Below are positions 1-14,000 of a stretch of 64,000 nucleotides of DNA, piece by piece. Within the stretch, counting starts at the first letter, position 1. Every line of letters begins with the position of its first letter. The notes under the pieces were generated by a model, which did not search any database, was not told the DNA's origin, and saw only the letters and a program-made list of their open reading frames with translations. The stretch is from Eledone cirrhosa (taxonomy: Eukaryota). Both the position numbers and the translations under genes were made by a program. The stretch lies in the NCBI GenBank assembly GCA_964016885.1, contig OZ024741.1:387686001-387750000 (forward strand). Direction: 5' to 3'.

Positions 1-9
1 ACGAAAGAA

Positions 10-970
10 GTTCAGGGAGATACAATCACTGCTAGCTACAAAAGGCTTTTCCCTCAAAATGAGGGGTAGATTGTATGATGCATGTATACGAACAGCAATG
101 TTGCATGGTAGTGAGGCCTGGGCACTGGGTGCAGAGGACTTGTGAAGATTGGTAAGAAATTAAGATTGCATGCTTTGATGGACATGAAATAGTAATATAT
201 ATGAATGAAAAATTATAAACGAACTGAGAGAAATTAGTAATAAGAGGAATCAGATGCAGTGTGCAGGAGAGGAGAATGCGTTGGTATGGACATGTGATGT
301 GTATGAAGGATGACAGCTGTATAGAAAGGTGCAGAGCACTCAAAATTGATGAAAGCTACGGAGTAGGAAGACCTGAGATGAGGTGATAAAAGCTGACCTT
401 GCACAATTGCACCTCTCAAAGGTGACAACACAGGACCGAGATCTTTGGTGTTATGCAGTAATACAGAAGATCCACCTTCCCATGAGCACAAGCTGAAGTA
501 TACATATAGTAATGCACCACCTTCACCTCCGCCCCCCTTCCATGCACTTCTCATGAGCACAGGCTGGAGCATACATTTAGTGTGCACCACCTTCACCTCC
601 ATTTCCTTCCATTTACCTCCCACGTCCTGTCACTCTGCCACTCACACATATCCATATTCCCATCTCCCCAATCCCCACACACCTCTCCCACCAAAGTCCC
701 CAGCCCACACTGAAAAGTGGTTGTGATGGCGACACGACAAAAAGCGCCCAGCCCACACTGTAAAGTGGTTGTGTAGGTGTCAACAAAAAGCACTCGGTAC
801 TCACTGTAAATGTGGTTGGCATTAGGAAGGGCATCCAGGTGTAGAAACCAAGTCCAAAACAGTTCAGTATGAGCAAGACTTGGTCACCTGACCTGGCCTA
901 TCTCACAACAGGACAACTCGTTTAACCCATGCTAACGCTGAAAAATGGACATTAAACGGTGATGATGATG
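10..970 (+). mobile_element. RTE-clade LINE 3' fragment (decayed)
   Basis: Decayed [18 protein letters not shown] / RRMRWYGHV / GRP motifs, then the tandem-unit 3' UTR and (GAT)n tail. Confidence 0.8.
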
Positions 971-1269
971 TTTCTATACAGGTGATAATGGTACATACAT
1001 ATGCAAACAATAAGTTAATTGGAAACTGTTAATTGACAATTATTTACACCAAACATCATTCATATTACACCTGCATATCATCAGGAATTACAAAAAGGGG
1101 TAAAGTTTAACCAAATTCAACTTATCAGAATAGATATTATACCAAACATTCGGACATTGGCATACATTTAACGAAGACTGCACATGAAAACTTGCAAAGT
1201 TGTTAGAGATTGTGTTTATAGGTTGAGGTAAAAAGCATTACTTCATCATTTTAATATTATTAATATTTC

Positions 1270-1455
1270 TTGGATTGGCAGTATCAGTAGAGGGTCAGAC
1301 GCCATGCTTTGACGCATAGAGTTACGGCCCTTGCCATTATGAGTTCAAATCCCGCCGAGGTTAACTTTACCTTTCATCCTTACGGGGTCGATAAAATAAA
1401 GTACCAGTAATGTACTGGGTAATTGCTGGCCTTGTGCCAAAAGTAGAAACAATTA
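1270..1455 (+). mobile_element. Abundant SINE family; other copies near 2090-2600 (-, partial tandem), 18070-18220, 32120-32270 (-), 32475-32610, 42620-42820 (-), 57380-57520
   Basis: Recurrent GAGTTCAAATCCC (B box)-GTTAACTTT.CCTTTCATCC..GGGGTCGATAAAATAAAGTACCAGTA-..GCTGGCCTTGTGCCAAA. Confidence 0.75.
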
Positions 1456-1797
1456 TTATTTCTTGTAATAGTTAGAAGAAAATTTATTGGTGGTTACATA
1501 TACAAAGAATATGAAAAGCAGGTAGTTCAGAGGCTATGGTAAGATTTTTGCATAAATAGATAAATATTATGTAGGAAACATGTAATTATCATGAATATTT
1601 GTCCAGTTTGAAGTTCAAATAAAAATATTTGATGATTATGGTAGTGCCCCAGCATGGTCTCAGTCTAATGACTTGGAAAATGCCATCTCCATATTTTCCT
1701 TAAAATGATCTCCTCCTCCTCCAAATGTCTTATGATAATTTTATTCCATCTTCAATATGTGAAATCCTTTTTAATCCCCCCGTCTCTGTTTGTCCAG

Positions 1798-2014
1798 GAA
1801 TATCGACCAGCCGTTGTTCCAGTTGCCCGCTGGCAGAGTACCAGTTCCGCTGGCACCAATGGAGGAAGGCTTCTCTTGTGAATACATTTCAGATTTGCAT
1901 CAGATCATTCCAACCAAATTTAAGGAGACAATGAGTACATGGTTCTTACCAGTACCAAATTGTCCAGGTTACTATTTCTACTGTCCTATTCAGTCAGGCT
2001 TCAGTGATAATGTG
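1798..2014 (+). CDS. SZT2: SZT2 exon (window exon 1)
   Basis: tgtccag|G...GTG|gtaagt; [15 protein letters not shown]...[16 protein letters not shown]; exits phase 0. Confidence 0.85.
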
Positions 2015-5000
2015 GTAAGTTCATTGTTGACCAGTTGCTGCAGTCTTTCTTGTCTTTGCATTTGTTTCAGTAATAATGTTTTCTAATTTAAGCACAAGGC
2101 CAGCCATCCCCAGGGCATAACTGGTACTTTATTTTATCGACCCCATATGGATGAAAAGCAATGGTTTCTGATTTAGGCATAATGCCAGCAATTTAGGGGG
2201 AAGAGAGGAAAAGTCGATTAAATCGATACCAGTGCATTACTGGTACTTTATTTTATTGACCCCCCATAAGGATGAAGGGCAAAGCTATCCTCACAATAAT
2301 GGTTTTGAGGCATAAGGCCAGCAATTTAGGTGTACTTTATTTTATTGACCCTGTAAGGATAGAAGGCAAAGCTAACTTCAGTGGAATTTGAACTCAAAAG
2401 GTAAAGTGACGTAACTGTATGCTGTAAAGCTCTACTGATTTTGCCAATCCAACACCTATCTGTTTCAGTAATAAAGCTTTCTAATTTAGACACAAGGCCA
2501 ACAATTAACCCCAGCACAGAATTGGTGGGATTTGAACTCAGAAAGTAAAGGGCCAGAACAAATACTGCAAAACATTTTGTTTGGCACTAATTATTCTGTC
2601 AATCTCTCATCATTTTACATGAGTAATAATGATAATTTGATGCTAGAGAAGCAATGATATGATGTAGCTATTACAGATTGTACTAGGTACATTTATCATG
2701 GCACTAGGGTGAGTGGGTGAGGAGAGCAAGAACATGATGGGTGGAACAGAGTAGTTAGGATGAGAAGATAGTATAGGATGAAGTAATGGAAGAGAGCTAC
2801 TGATGGAGCTACATGTTTGCTGGTGCAAGATATGAGATAACAGTTTTAATAAATAAACAAATTACTGGTACATCAGCAGTGTTTTGTTTCAATGTTACAT
2901 TGAACTGGAGAAGGTGCATGGCTTAGTGGTTAGAGCATTGAGCTTAGAATCATTAGGTTGTGAGTTCAATTTCCAGACTGAGGGGTAATTTGTATTCTTA
3001 AGTAAGAGACTTTATTTTACGTTATTCCAGTTTACTCAGCTGTAGAAATCAGTTGCAACGTTACTGGTGCCAAGCTGTATTGGCCTTTGCCTTTCCTTGG
3101 ACAACATTGGTGACATGGAGAGGGGAGACTGGTATGCATGGGTGACTACTGGTCTTCCACAAACAACCTTGCCCGGACTTATGCCTCAGAGGGGAACTTT
3201 CTCTGTGCAAAGCCCATGGTTATTCATAACTGAAGGGGGTCTCTACCTCTACTCTGAATTAGCAAATAGATTGCCAGACCTAAGACAAAATTAGTCAAAA
3301 AATTGACTGGATGGTCATAGCTAGAAATCTTTCAACACTTTTCAAACTAAACTGATATCACCTGTTTCTATAATGTTTATTTTAATGGCTTTGTATTTAT
3401 CTAAAAACCTTCCATCATAATTGTATGTCAGAACCTTTAAGTTATGTTCAAAACACCAGATTAATTATGAAAAAGTTATATTACTAAATCCTTCTAAATG
3501 TTTCAAATCGCTCATTAGAAATATTGTAAAAAAGGAACTAATCATAGTTTTGCTCAGTCAGATCCTGTCTAAGGTTAAACAGCAATATAAAAATAATTAA
3601 ATATATAGATTCCAACTTTCCAACTTGTATGAAATATTTTGAAGATATTTGCAATTCACTGTTTATTTCAGCAGTTTGAACAAACATCTAACTTGTCAGA
3701 ACAGAATCAGACAACAAATGGTAGGTACTTTTTTGTTTTATGTTATGTTATTTTATTTTCACCTGTTTAAGAAAAAAATTGTATAATTTATTTTATTTCT
3801 TCACTCATCACTTCATCCAGCACAAGTCATGACACAGGCTTCTTCGAGGAGCCCACATATGGACAGCTGAACTTTCATTGCAACAAACAGTGTATCACAT
3901 ACTTATGTGAAAATGAAATACTGCCACTTCTATAGTTTCCTCACACAGAAGGTGTAGTGTAGATGGGAACCGTTTCAATTCTTTGGTAATCGATGCTGCT
4001 GTTTGCCCTTACATAGAAGTGCTGTTGGTACTTGGGAGGTGGATTACTTGGTGTTGCTATGTTGATGTATGTCTTCATTATTTTGAGAGGTACTCCATTT
4101 TCAAAAGGAAAAGATGTAAAAGATGATCACACTAATTAGTGAATAAGCATCAATCATATATATATATATATATGGGTACATGCTGAAGCATATAATAAGC
4201 ATCAATCATATATATATATATACATGGGTACATGCTGAAGCATATAAACAATATGCCCCCCCCCCCCCCCCATCGCAAGGTGGTCGTGGAGGTGCCACGG
4301 CAAAAAAGCACCCAGCCCACACTGTAAAGTGGACGTGTAGGCGCCACGAAAAAGCACCCAGCACTCACTGTAAATGAGGTTGGTGTTAGGAAGGGCATCC
4401 AGCTGTAGAAATCAAGCCAGATCAGTTCCTGTATGAGCAAGGCATGGTCAGCCGACCAGACACTGCCCACAACAGGACAACCCGTCTAACCCATGCTAGC
4501 GTGGAAGAACGGACGTAAAACGGTGATGATGATGATGATGATGATATACACACACACACACATACACGGTGAGAATGAGTGCTAATACCATAGTAGAGTT
4601 TATTATTTTTATTAAGGCCAAATCAGAGTCCTGTTACTCTGGAGTTTTACCAGGGTCATCAAACAAGACTAGTTTTCAGCGAATGAAGAATGCTTATTTC
4701 TCCTGAACATCTTCCACATACAAAGTCTATATTCACCATTAACCTGTCTGTAATCCCAAAACATCTCTTGTGCCTCAATAAATTACTCTGTGTGCACCTC
4801 ATGGAATTTCTGCCCACCCCTTTTTTCACATTGAACAAGGCTACCTCTCTGTTGGTATCAGTTCCCTGTCCTCTTTTCTACTTATTAAGACTTCAATTTT
4901 GCTAGGTTTACTTTCAGGCCTTTTGTATCTATATTTTTCCTTCATGCCTGGAATTTTGCTTCTACCATTCCTTTAGATTCAGCTATAATTTCTAGATCAT

Positions 5001-8000
5001 CAACATACAGGAGTTTCTCAGTTCTGACCTGAAAGACAATGATGATCAGAAGTGGATTTATGACAGTCTTGGTAGACCCCACTTGCATGTCAAATTTATC
5101 ATTATACTTGTTGCCAATCCCGATCTTGCTGGTTGCACCTCTGTGCATGACTTCCTTAGCATCCATCAAATTACAGAGCAGGGGAACCTGGCAAAAGCTT
5201 TCTCTAGATCCACAATTACCAGGTAGAGAGCTCACTCTTAGCAAAGTACTTCTTTTGCAGTTGACTCACAAGGAAGAGGACATTGGTAGTACTCCTACCT
5301 GGCATAAAGCTGAATTACATTGCATATAGCTTAATTCTGCCCTAATTATTTGTGCTATAACCCTTTCAGTCACTTTTATGATCTGCTCCATCAACTTGAT
5401 GCCTCTATAGTTATTTCTCTCAGGTGTCTGTCCTTTGCCTTTGTAACAGTTTAGAATAATATTGTTGCACCAGTCATTGTTTATGACACCATCTTGTACT
5501 ACTTGATTATTTACATATCCGACACGCTTGTAACCTATCATGCTGAATGTTATTTACCTTCATATCCATTATTGCTTTGTCTATAACACTGTTGACTTTT
5601 ATGGTTGGTTCCTCAGTTGGGTCTACATGGGGTAGGCCCTCACTATCCCCTTATTTTCTTCATTCTGTAAGAGTTTTATGCCTACAGTTTCTTATGTGTA
5701 TGTGTATGTATGTGTGCATGTATACAAAAGAGTGGAAAATAAACATTAAACAGTGGAAGGAAGCTGCTGTAGAGGAAGACCAAGGAAGACCTGGATTGAA
5801 ATGGTGAGAGCTGATCTCAGATTGTTAAAGCTCACGGAGGAGATGATGACAAAGGAACACAACAAATGTAGAGATGCTGTACTGAGAAGGACTCCATCCT
5901 GCCTCTGCAAATGTGGAACAGTGGATGATGATATACAATATTATATATATATAATCCTGTGAAAGTTCTTGGTATTTCATATTATTTCTTTATGTTTCAG
6001 ATTCTAATGGCAAAGGTTTCACAACGACTGAAGACACAGATATCCTTTTGGATTCACCAGAATCATTCAAGATGTCTGAGAAATTTGAAAGTTCCTGCAA
6101 GAATGTCTCAAGTGATTCTGATTCTGACATGCAGTCTTTGTCTAGCAGTGGCATGGAATCATTCGGCTCTGATGATATGATGTATCCTCTCTTTGTTTGC
6201 TTCACTTGTACCATCAAACAAAACTCTGATTCTCATCACAGAATTGTGAGCACTCTTCCCACATGTCTGGGTAAGGTTTCTTTCTAAGGTGTCTTAGAGT
6301 TAATGACTTGACAGTTCTTATAACATTAGATTAAATGCCTTAAGAAAGAAGAGATGTATTTTATTGATCTCCATTTCATTGAACCACAGGTTTTGATGTA
6401 GTGTCAAAATTACACATACACACACACTCTCTCTCTCTCACCCGTCTACCAAATTTCCCTCAGGGTATAGTGGAAACAATAGCCCAAGGTGCCATGTAAT
6501 GGGACTGAACTCAGAACCATGTTGTTATGGAGTGAACATCTTAACCACGCCATTATTTCTATGCTTTACATGTTTTTCTTGTTTTTATTCATCATCATCA
6601 TCATCATCATTGTTTAACGTCTATCTTCCACGCTAGCATGGGTTTAGACGGGAATTGTCCCACGTGAGGCAAAATTGGTTGTCTTGCTCGTATAGGACTG
6701 TATGGCGGGTTTTCTACGACTGGATGCCCTTCCTAACACCAACCAGTCATTAGAATGTTGGATAGAGTGCCTTGTGGTATTTGTTCTGGCTCTCTATGCT
6801 CTCTGAGTTCAAATCCCAATGTGGTCAATAAAAAAAAAAGTACCAGTAAAATACTAGGGTAGATTCTTCCTCTATATCTCTTTCCCACTTCCATTCTTTC
6901 ACTCTCTCTATCCTTCTCTGGAACAAATCTGATGTATTCAAACCTGGAGAAGGAAGGGCTCTGCCAGGCTTAAAAAATGCCAAATGTCAATATGGTGCCC
7001 ATATGACTCCATCAGGACTTATGCTGCCATATCACTAAATATTTGTTGACAATAATTTCTGTTTCCTATTGTGTTATAGCCTCAAATGAGGGTGTGAAAG
7101 TTTTGAAGGCTTCCAAGGTTTTCTATAATTAGCCATATAACTTACACAGTTAAAATGTTTTATATTTTCACAGCCGAAATAACCAGTCACCTTACCGATA
7201 AACTAAATGAACTTGATTTCAAAAACTTGAAAGTGACCTTTGATTTCTACTGCTTAACATTGCGTGTAGATCTGGATCAATACCATGATAAGCCATCAAA
7301 GCCAGACAACAGATCTGTCTATTCTGAGACTGAGGAGGATTCTTGTTTAAAAGGGTATGTTATGGAATTCTATTGATATATCTACATACACATATTCTTT
7401 TATTGTTATTCTTTAACTTGCTTCAGTCATTAGACAGCAGCCATGCTGGGGATTTAGTCTTGAAAGTGGATTAGTCAATATGGACCCTAAGTACTTATTT
7501 TTAAAATCTGGTACATATCTTATGAATCTCTTTTTGTCAAGCTGCTAAGTTACAGGACAGGCACTCACATGATCGCATATATACACATGCACACACACAC
7601 ACAGTGGGATTCCACACAGTTTCTGTTTACCAATTTTCACTCACAAGGCATTGGTCTACCCAAGGTTATAGCAGAAAATCTTGCTCAAGCTGCCATGTAG
7701 TAGGGCTGTACCTGGAACCACATTATTGTAAAGTGAGCTCCTTAACCTAGCAGTCATATATATAGCTACAGCAGTACATATTCTAAAATTGGAATGATAC
7801 AGAGAAGATTAGCATGGCCTCTGCGCAAGGATGACACGCAAATTCGTGAAGCGTTCCATATTTTTATGGAGGCACATGGCTTAGTGGTTAGAGCATTGGC
7901 CTTGCAATCGAAAGGTTGTGAGTTCAATTCTCAGACCGGGTGATGTGTTGTTTCCTTGAGCAAGACACTTTATTTCACATTGCTCCAGTTTACTCAGCTG

Positions 8001-11000
8001 TAGAAATGAGATGATAGGACTGGGGTCCCTATCATTTCACTGCAAAGTGGTTGTGGAGATGCCACAGCAAAAAAGCACCCAGCCCACACTGTAAAGTGGA
8101 CGTGTAAGCGCCACGGAAAAAAAAGCACCCAGCATTCACTGTAAATGAGGTTGGTGTTAGGAAGGGCATCCAGCTGTAGAAATCAAGCTAGGAATCAGTT
8201 CCTGTCCCACCCTTGCAAGCAGGGAAAAGCGGACGTAAAAATGATGATGATATATATATATATAAAATTCTATGTGTACTTAGCTTAATTGTTATAAATT
8301 AATGTTTTGTCTCTCGTCTCTTACTCCACTGCACAGCGTTTGGCTTCTGTCAGACACTGTGACCTTGGGTGGGCCAGCAGTACCATTGGTAGGGGTCGAA
8401 ATTCTGAAAGTCCACCTCAACAGCTGATGACCCTGGAGCTCTGTGCCTTTCATTTGTATTTTTATTATTTTTAGATAATTTTTTAAGGTTTCCCCTTATA
8501 TAATAGAAATAAGATTTAGCTTCAAGCATAGATGTATACAGATATGTATACAAATTTCATATTTCTAAAGAAACATGGTATGTTTACAGGGTAAGCATTT
8601 AAGAAGCCATAGCTATGCAAACACCAGGGCTAACGCCCTCTGGTGGTGTCCAACAGAAGCAAGGGGGACAACCGTCTATGCATTTCAGACTTGACTGGTC
8701 TTCATCAGGACAGTCTCTCCCACGCTTGCAACTGCTGAATTTGAGAACAGTCGAGAATATGTAGTTTTCTCGTCTGTAAGTGAGGTGATTAATCTCATTT
8801 GTATATGAAACTGCATAAGTTGACTCAACTTATAATAGGAGGAGGCCCTTCCTAAAACCAACCACATTTACAGTGTGGGCTGGGTGCTTTTTGTTGTGAC
8901 ACCTACACGTCCACTTTACACTGTGGGTTGGGGCTTTTTGTTGTATCACCTACATGACTACTTTACAGTGTGGGCTGGGTGCGTCTTATTGTGTCACCTA
9001 CATGACTGATTTACAGTGTGGGCTGGGCGCTTTTTGTCATGTCACCATTACGCCCACTTTACAGTGTGGGCTGGGGACTTGGGGAGGTAGATCTAGGGGC
9101 ATGTATGAGGGTGGGCGGTGTGTTCAGGCATGGGTGGAGTGTTAGGACATGGGAAGTGCAAGAAGGGGAGGAATGTGGACGAGGGATGTTTGTTAGGGTG
9201 TGGAGGTGTATGAAGGGGGAGCGGGAAAGTTACTTCAACCCATGCACATGGGAAGGTGGGTCTTCTGTATTACTTTATAATAAGAGATCTCGATCTTGTC
9301 TCATCGCCTTCGAGAGGTGCAATTGTTCAAGGTCAGCTTTTATCACCTCATCCCAGGTCTTCCAACACTCTAGCTTCCATCAACCTAGAGCTACCAGCAC
9401 CTTTTTATACAGCTGTCATCCTTCATATGCATCACATGTACATACCAGTGCATTCTCCTCTCCTGCACACTGCATCTGACTCCTCTTATACCCAGGTTCT
9501 CTCTTAGTTCATTTACACTTTTTTTATTTATGTATATTACTATTTCACATACATTGAAGCATGGAAGCTTCAGTTCTTCCCAATCTTCATAGGTCCTCTG
9601 CATGCAGTGCCCAGGTTTCACTGCCATGTGACATTGTTGTTTGTATACACACATCATTCAATCTGCCCTTCATTTTGAGGGAAAAACCTTTTGTAGCTAG
9701 TAGTGGTAGTAGCTTCCTGAAATTTCTCCATCCCATTCTCACTCTAGCTACAATACTTTCAGAACATCCTCCTCTGCTGCTGATTTGTCTCCCAGGTAAT
9801 GGAAACTATCAACTACTTCTACAGAACTCTCTTGGCATTTGAAGGAGCTAGTATACTTTGGGCTCTTGCTACTTACTGCACCTGTGCAATGACCACATAT
9901 AAAACCTGCGTTCTTGGATAGCCTACCTGAAATTCCACTACATCACTCAGAACGCGGATGTAGCCATCGGTGTTCAGCTTGAGGCCCTCAGGGAAGAAGT
10001 GAGGTGGCATGACGTCACCTTGACTGCTGACGACACCTAAGACCAATGTTGTCGCTGGAAACTTTGTCTGCATGACTCTGGATGAGACACCATTCTCCTG
10101 CTGACGCTGAGAAAGTCTGAAATTTCCTTATTTGTCCTCCCGGTGCGGATTCCAAGAAGAACTTTGTGTCTCTTCCACAAATTTGGAGGTTCAAAATTAT
10201 TCATAATCAATACACATCACATACCCATACCAATTCAGTCTTCTCTCTTGTACACTTCATCTCATTGTTCTTAGTTTTTCTCTCAGTGTAAAAATTATTA
10301 AAAATGATGAATAAATAGAAAGAATTTTATAAAGAGAACTAATATTCATCCTTTGTTTGTTTCAGTTTTCAACACCATCATTTGTTTAATTGTTTACCAA
10401 AATCTTACCATGAAGCTGTAATGGATTGTAAACAGGAGGTAAATATTTAAACAAATTTTCCATTTTTGTTAAATCTTTCATTACAATATTTCTAATGAAA
10501 GACTGCTAAATCTTTCATTATAATATTTCTAAGGAAAGACTGCTAAATCTTTCATTATAATATTTCTAATGAAAGTCTGCTAAATCTTTCATTACAATAT
10601 TTCTACTGAAAGACTCTTTATTGAATCTTTCATTACAATATTTCTACTGAAAGACTCTTTATTGAATCTTTCATTACAATATTTCTACTGAAAGACTCTT
10701 TATTGAATCTTTCATTACAATATTTCTACTGAAAGACCCTTTATTGAATCTTTCATTACAATATTTCTACTGAAAGACTCTTTATTGAATCTTTCATTAC
10801 AATATTTCTACTGAAAGACTCTTTATTGAATCTTTCATTACAATATTTCTACTGAAAGACTCTTTATTAAATCTTTCATTACAATATTTCTACTGAAAGA
10901 CTCTTTATTAAATCTTTCATTACAATATTTCTACTGAAAGACTCTTTATTGAATCTTTCATTACAATATTTCTACTGAAAGACTCTTTATTAAATCTTTC

Positions 11001-14000
11001 ATTACAATATTTCTACTGAAAGACTCTTTATTGAATCTTTCATTACAATATTTCTACTGAAAGACTCTTTATTAAATCTTTCATTACAATATTTCTACTG
11101 AAAGACTCTTTATTGAATCTTTCATTACAATATTTCTACTGAAAGACTCTTTATTGAATCTTTCATTACAATATTTCTAATGAAAGACTGCTAAATCTTT
11201 CATTATAATATTTCTAAGGAAACACTGCTAAATCTTTCATTATAATATTTCTAATGAAAGTCTGCTAAATCTTTCATTACAATATTTCTAATGAAAGACT
11301 GCTAAATCTTTCATTATAATATTTCTAAGGAAAGACTGCTAAATCTTTCATTACAATATTTCTACTGAAAGACTCTTTATTGAATCTTTCATTACAATAT
11401 TTCTAATGAAAGACTGCTAAATCTTTCATTATAATATTTCTAAGGAAAGACTGCTAAATCTTTCATTATAATATTTCTAATGAAAGTCTGCTAAATCTTT
11501 CATTACAATATTTCTAATGAAAGACTGCTAAATCTTTCATTATAATATTTCTAATGAAAGTCTGCTAAATCTTTCATTACAATATTTCTACTGAAAGACT
11601 CTTTATTGAATCTTTCATTACAATATTTCTACTGAAAGACTCTTTATTGAATCTTTCATTACAATATTTCTACTGAAAGACACTTTATTGAATCTTTCAT
11701 TACAATATTTCTACTGAAAGACTCTTTATTGAATCTTTCATTACAATATTTCTACTGAAAGACTCTTTATTGAATCTTTCATTACAATATTTCTACTGAA
11801 AGACTCTTTATTAAATCTTTCATTACAATATTTCTACTGAAAGACTCTTTATTAAATCTTTCATTACAATATTTCTACTGAAAGACTCTTTATTGAATCT
11901 TTCATTACAATATTTCTACTGAAAGACTCTTTATTAAATCTTTCATTACAATATTTCTACTGAAACACTCTTTATTGAATCTTTCATTACAATATTTCTA
12001 CTGAAAGACTCTTTATTGAATCTTTCATTACAATATTTCTACTGAAAGACTCTTTATTGAATCTTTCATTACAATATTTCTACTGAAAGACTCTTTATTG
12101 AATCTTTCATTACAATATTTCTACTGAAAGACTCTTTATTAAATCTTTGATTACAATATTTCTACTGAAAGACTCTTTATTGAATCTTTCATTACAATAT
12201 TTCTACTGAAAGACTCTTTATTAAATCTTTCATTACAATATTTCTACTGAAAGACTCTTTATTGAATCTTTCATTACAATATTTCTACTGAAAGACTCTT
12301 TATTAAATCTTTCATTACAATATTTCTACTGAAAGACTCTTTATTGAATCTTTCATTACAATATTTCTACTGAAAGACTCTTTATTAAATCTTTCATTAC
12401 AATATTTCTACTGAAAGACTCTTTATTGAATCTTTCATTACAATATTTCTACTGAAAGACTCTTTATTAAATCTTTCATTACAATATTTCTACTGAAAGA
12501 CTCTTTATTGAATCTTTCATTACAATATTTCTACTGAAAGACTCTTTATTAAATCTTTCATTACAATATTTCTACTGAAAGACTCTTTATTGAATCTTTC
12601 ATTACAATATTTCTACTGAAAGACTCTTTATTGAATCTTTCATTACAATATTTCTACTGAAAGACTCTTTATTAAATCTTTCATTACAATATTTCTACTG
12701 AAAGACTCTTTATTAAATCTTTCATTACAATATTTCTACTGGAAGACTCTTTATTAAATCTTTCATTACAATATTTCTACTGAAAGACTCTTTATTAAAT
12801 CTTTCATTACAATATTTCTACTGAAAGACTCTTTATTGAATCTTTCATTACAATATTTCTACTGAAAGACTCTTTATTAAATCTTTCATTACAATATTTC
12901 TACTGAAAGACTCTTTATTAAATCTTTCATTACAATATTTCTACTGAAAGACTCTTTATTAAATCTTTCATTACAATATTTCTACTGAAAGACTCTTTAT
13001 TAAATCTTTCATTACAATATTTCTACTGAAAGACTCTTTATTAAATCTTTCATTACAATATTTCTACTGAAAGACTCTTTATTAAATCTTTCATTACAAT
13101 ATTTCTACTGAAAGACTCTTTATTAAATCTTTCATTACAATATTTCTACTGAAAGACTCTTTATTAAATCTTTCATTACAATATTTCTACTGAAAGACTC
13201 TTTATTAAATCTTTCATTACAATATTTCTACTGAAAGACTCTTTATTAAATCTTTCATTACAATATTTCTACTGAAAGACTCTTTATTAAATCTTTCATT
13301 ACAATATTTCTACTGAAAGACTCTTTATTAAATCTTTCATTACAATATTTCTACTGAAAGACTCTTTATTAAATCTTTCATTACAATATTTCTACTGAAA
13401 GACTCTTTATTAAATCTTTCATTACAATATTTCTACTGAAAGACTCTTTATTAAATCTTTCATTACAATATTTCTACTGAAAGACTCTTTATTAAATCTT
13501 TCATTACAATATTTCTACTGAAAGACTCTTTATTAAATCTTTCATTACAATATTTCTACTGAAAGACTCTTTATTAAATCTTTCATTACAATATTTCTAA
13601 TGAAAGACTCTTTATTAAATCTTTCATTACAATATTTCTATTGAAAGACTCTATATATGATTTTCAATAATTTTGAAAATAATCAAAAAATTTGAAGGAT
13701 TTGATATAAAAATCTTTTTTATTTATTCTTAAGCTGGTGTTTGAAATTTTTCTTAATTTTTTTTAAATTGATGGAAGGTTAAAATTAAATACTTAAATAT
13801 TGTTTTCAATGAATGTTATACTGCCTCGTTCTCTCCCCATCCACCACCTTGTTTACACACACACACACACACATATATATATGTGTCCACTTTCTTGTGA
13901 GGCAAATGAAGGGGAAGTACTTGGCTAAAAGCAAGCTGCTCTACCTAGCATTTATGGACCTAGAGAAAGCTTTTGACAGAGTCCCTCGATCCATAATATG

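Noticed and set aside
2905-2985. tRNA genes at SINE heads
   Set aside because: A/B boxes are present but there is no complete cloverleaf, and each continues into a SINE body.
7765-7865. Functional U6 snRNA gene
   Set aside because: The first ~6 nt are missing, the 5' stem-loop is mutated, and the upstream sequence is a SINE-like repeat rather than a recognisable PSE/TATA promoter.
10470-13652. CRISPR-like array of palindromic repeats
   Set aside because: Units are head-to-tail with no unique spacers, there are no cas genes, and the context is a eukaryotic intron.
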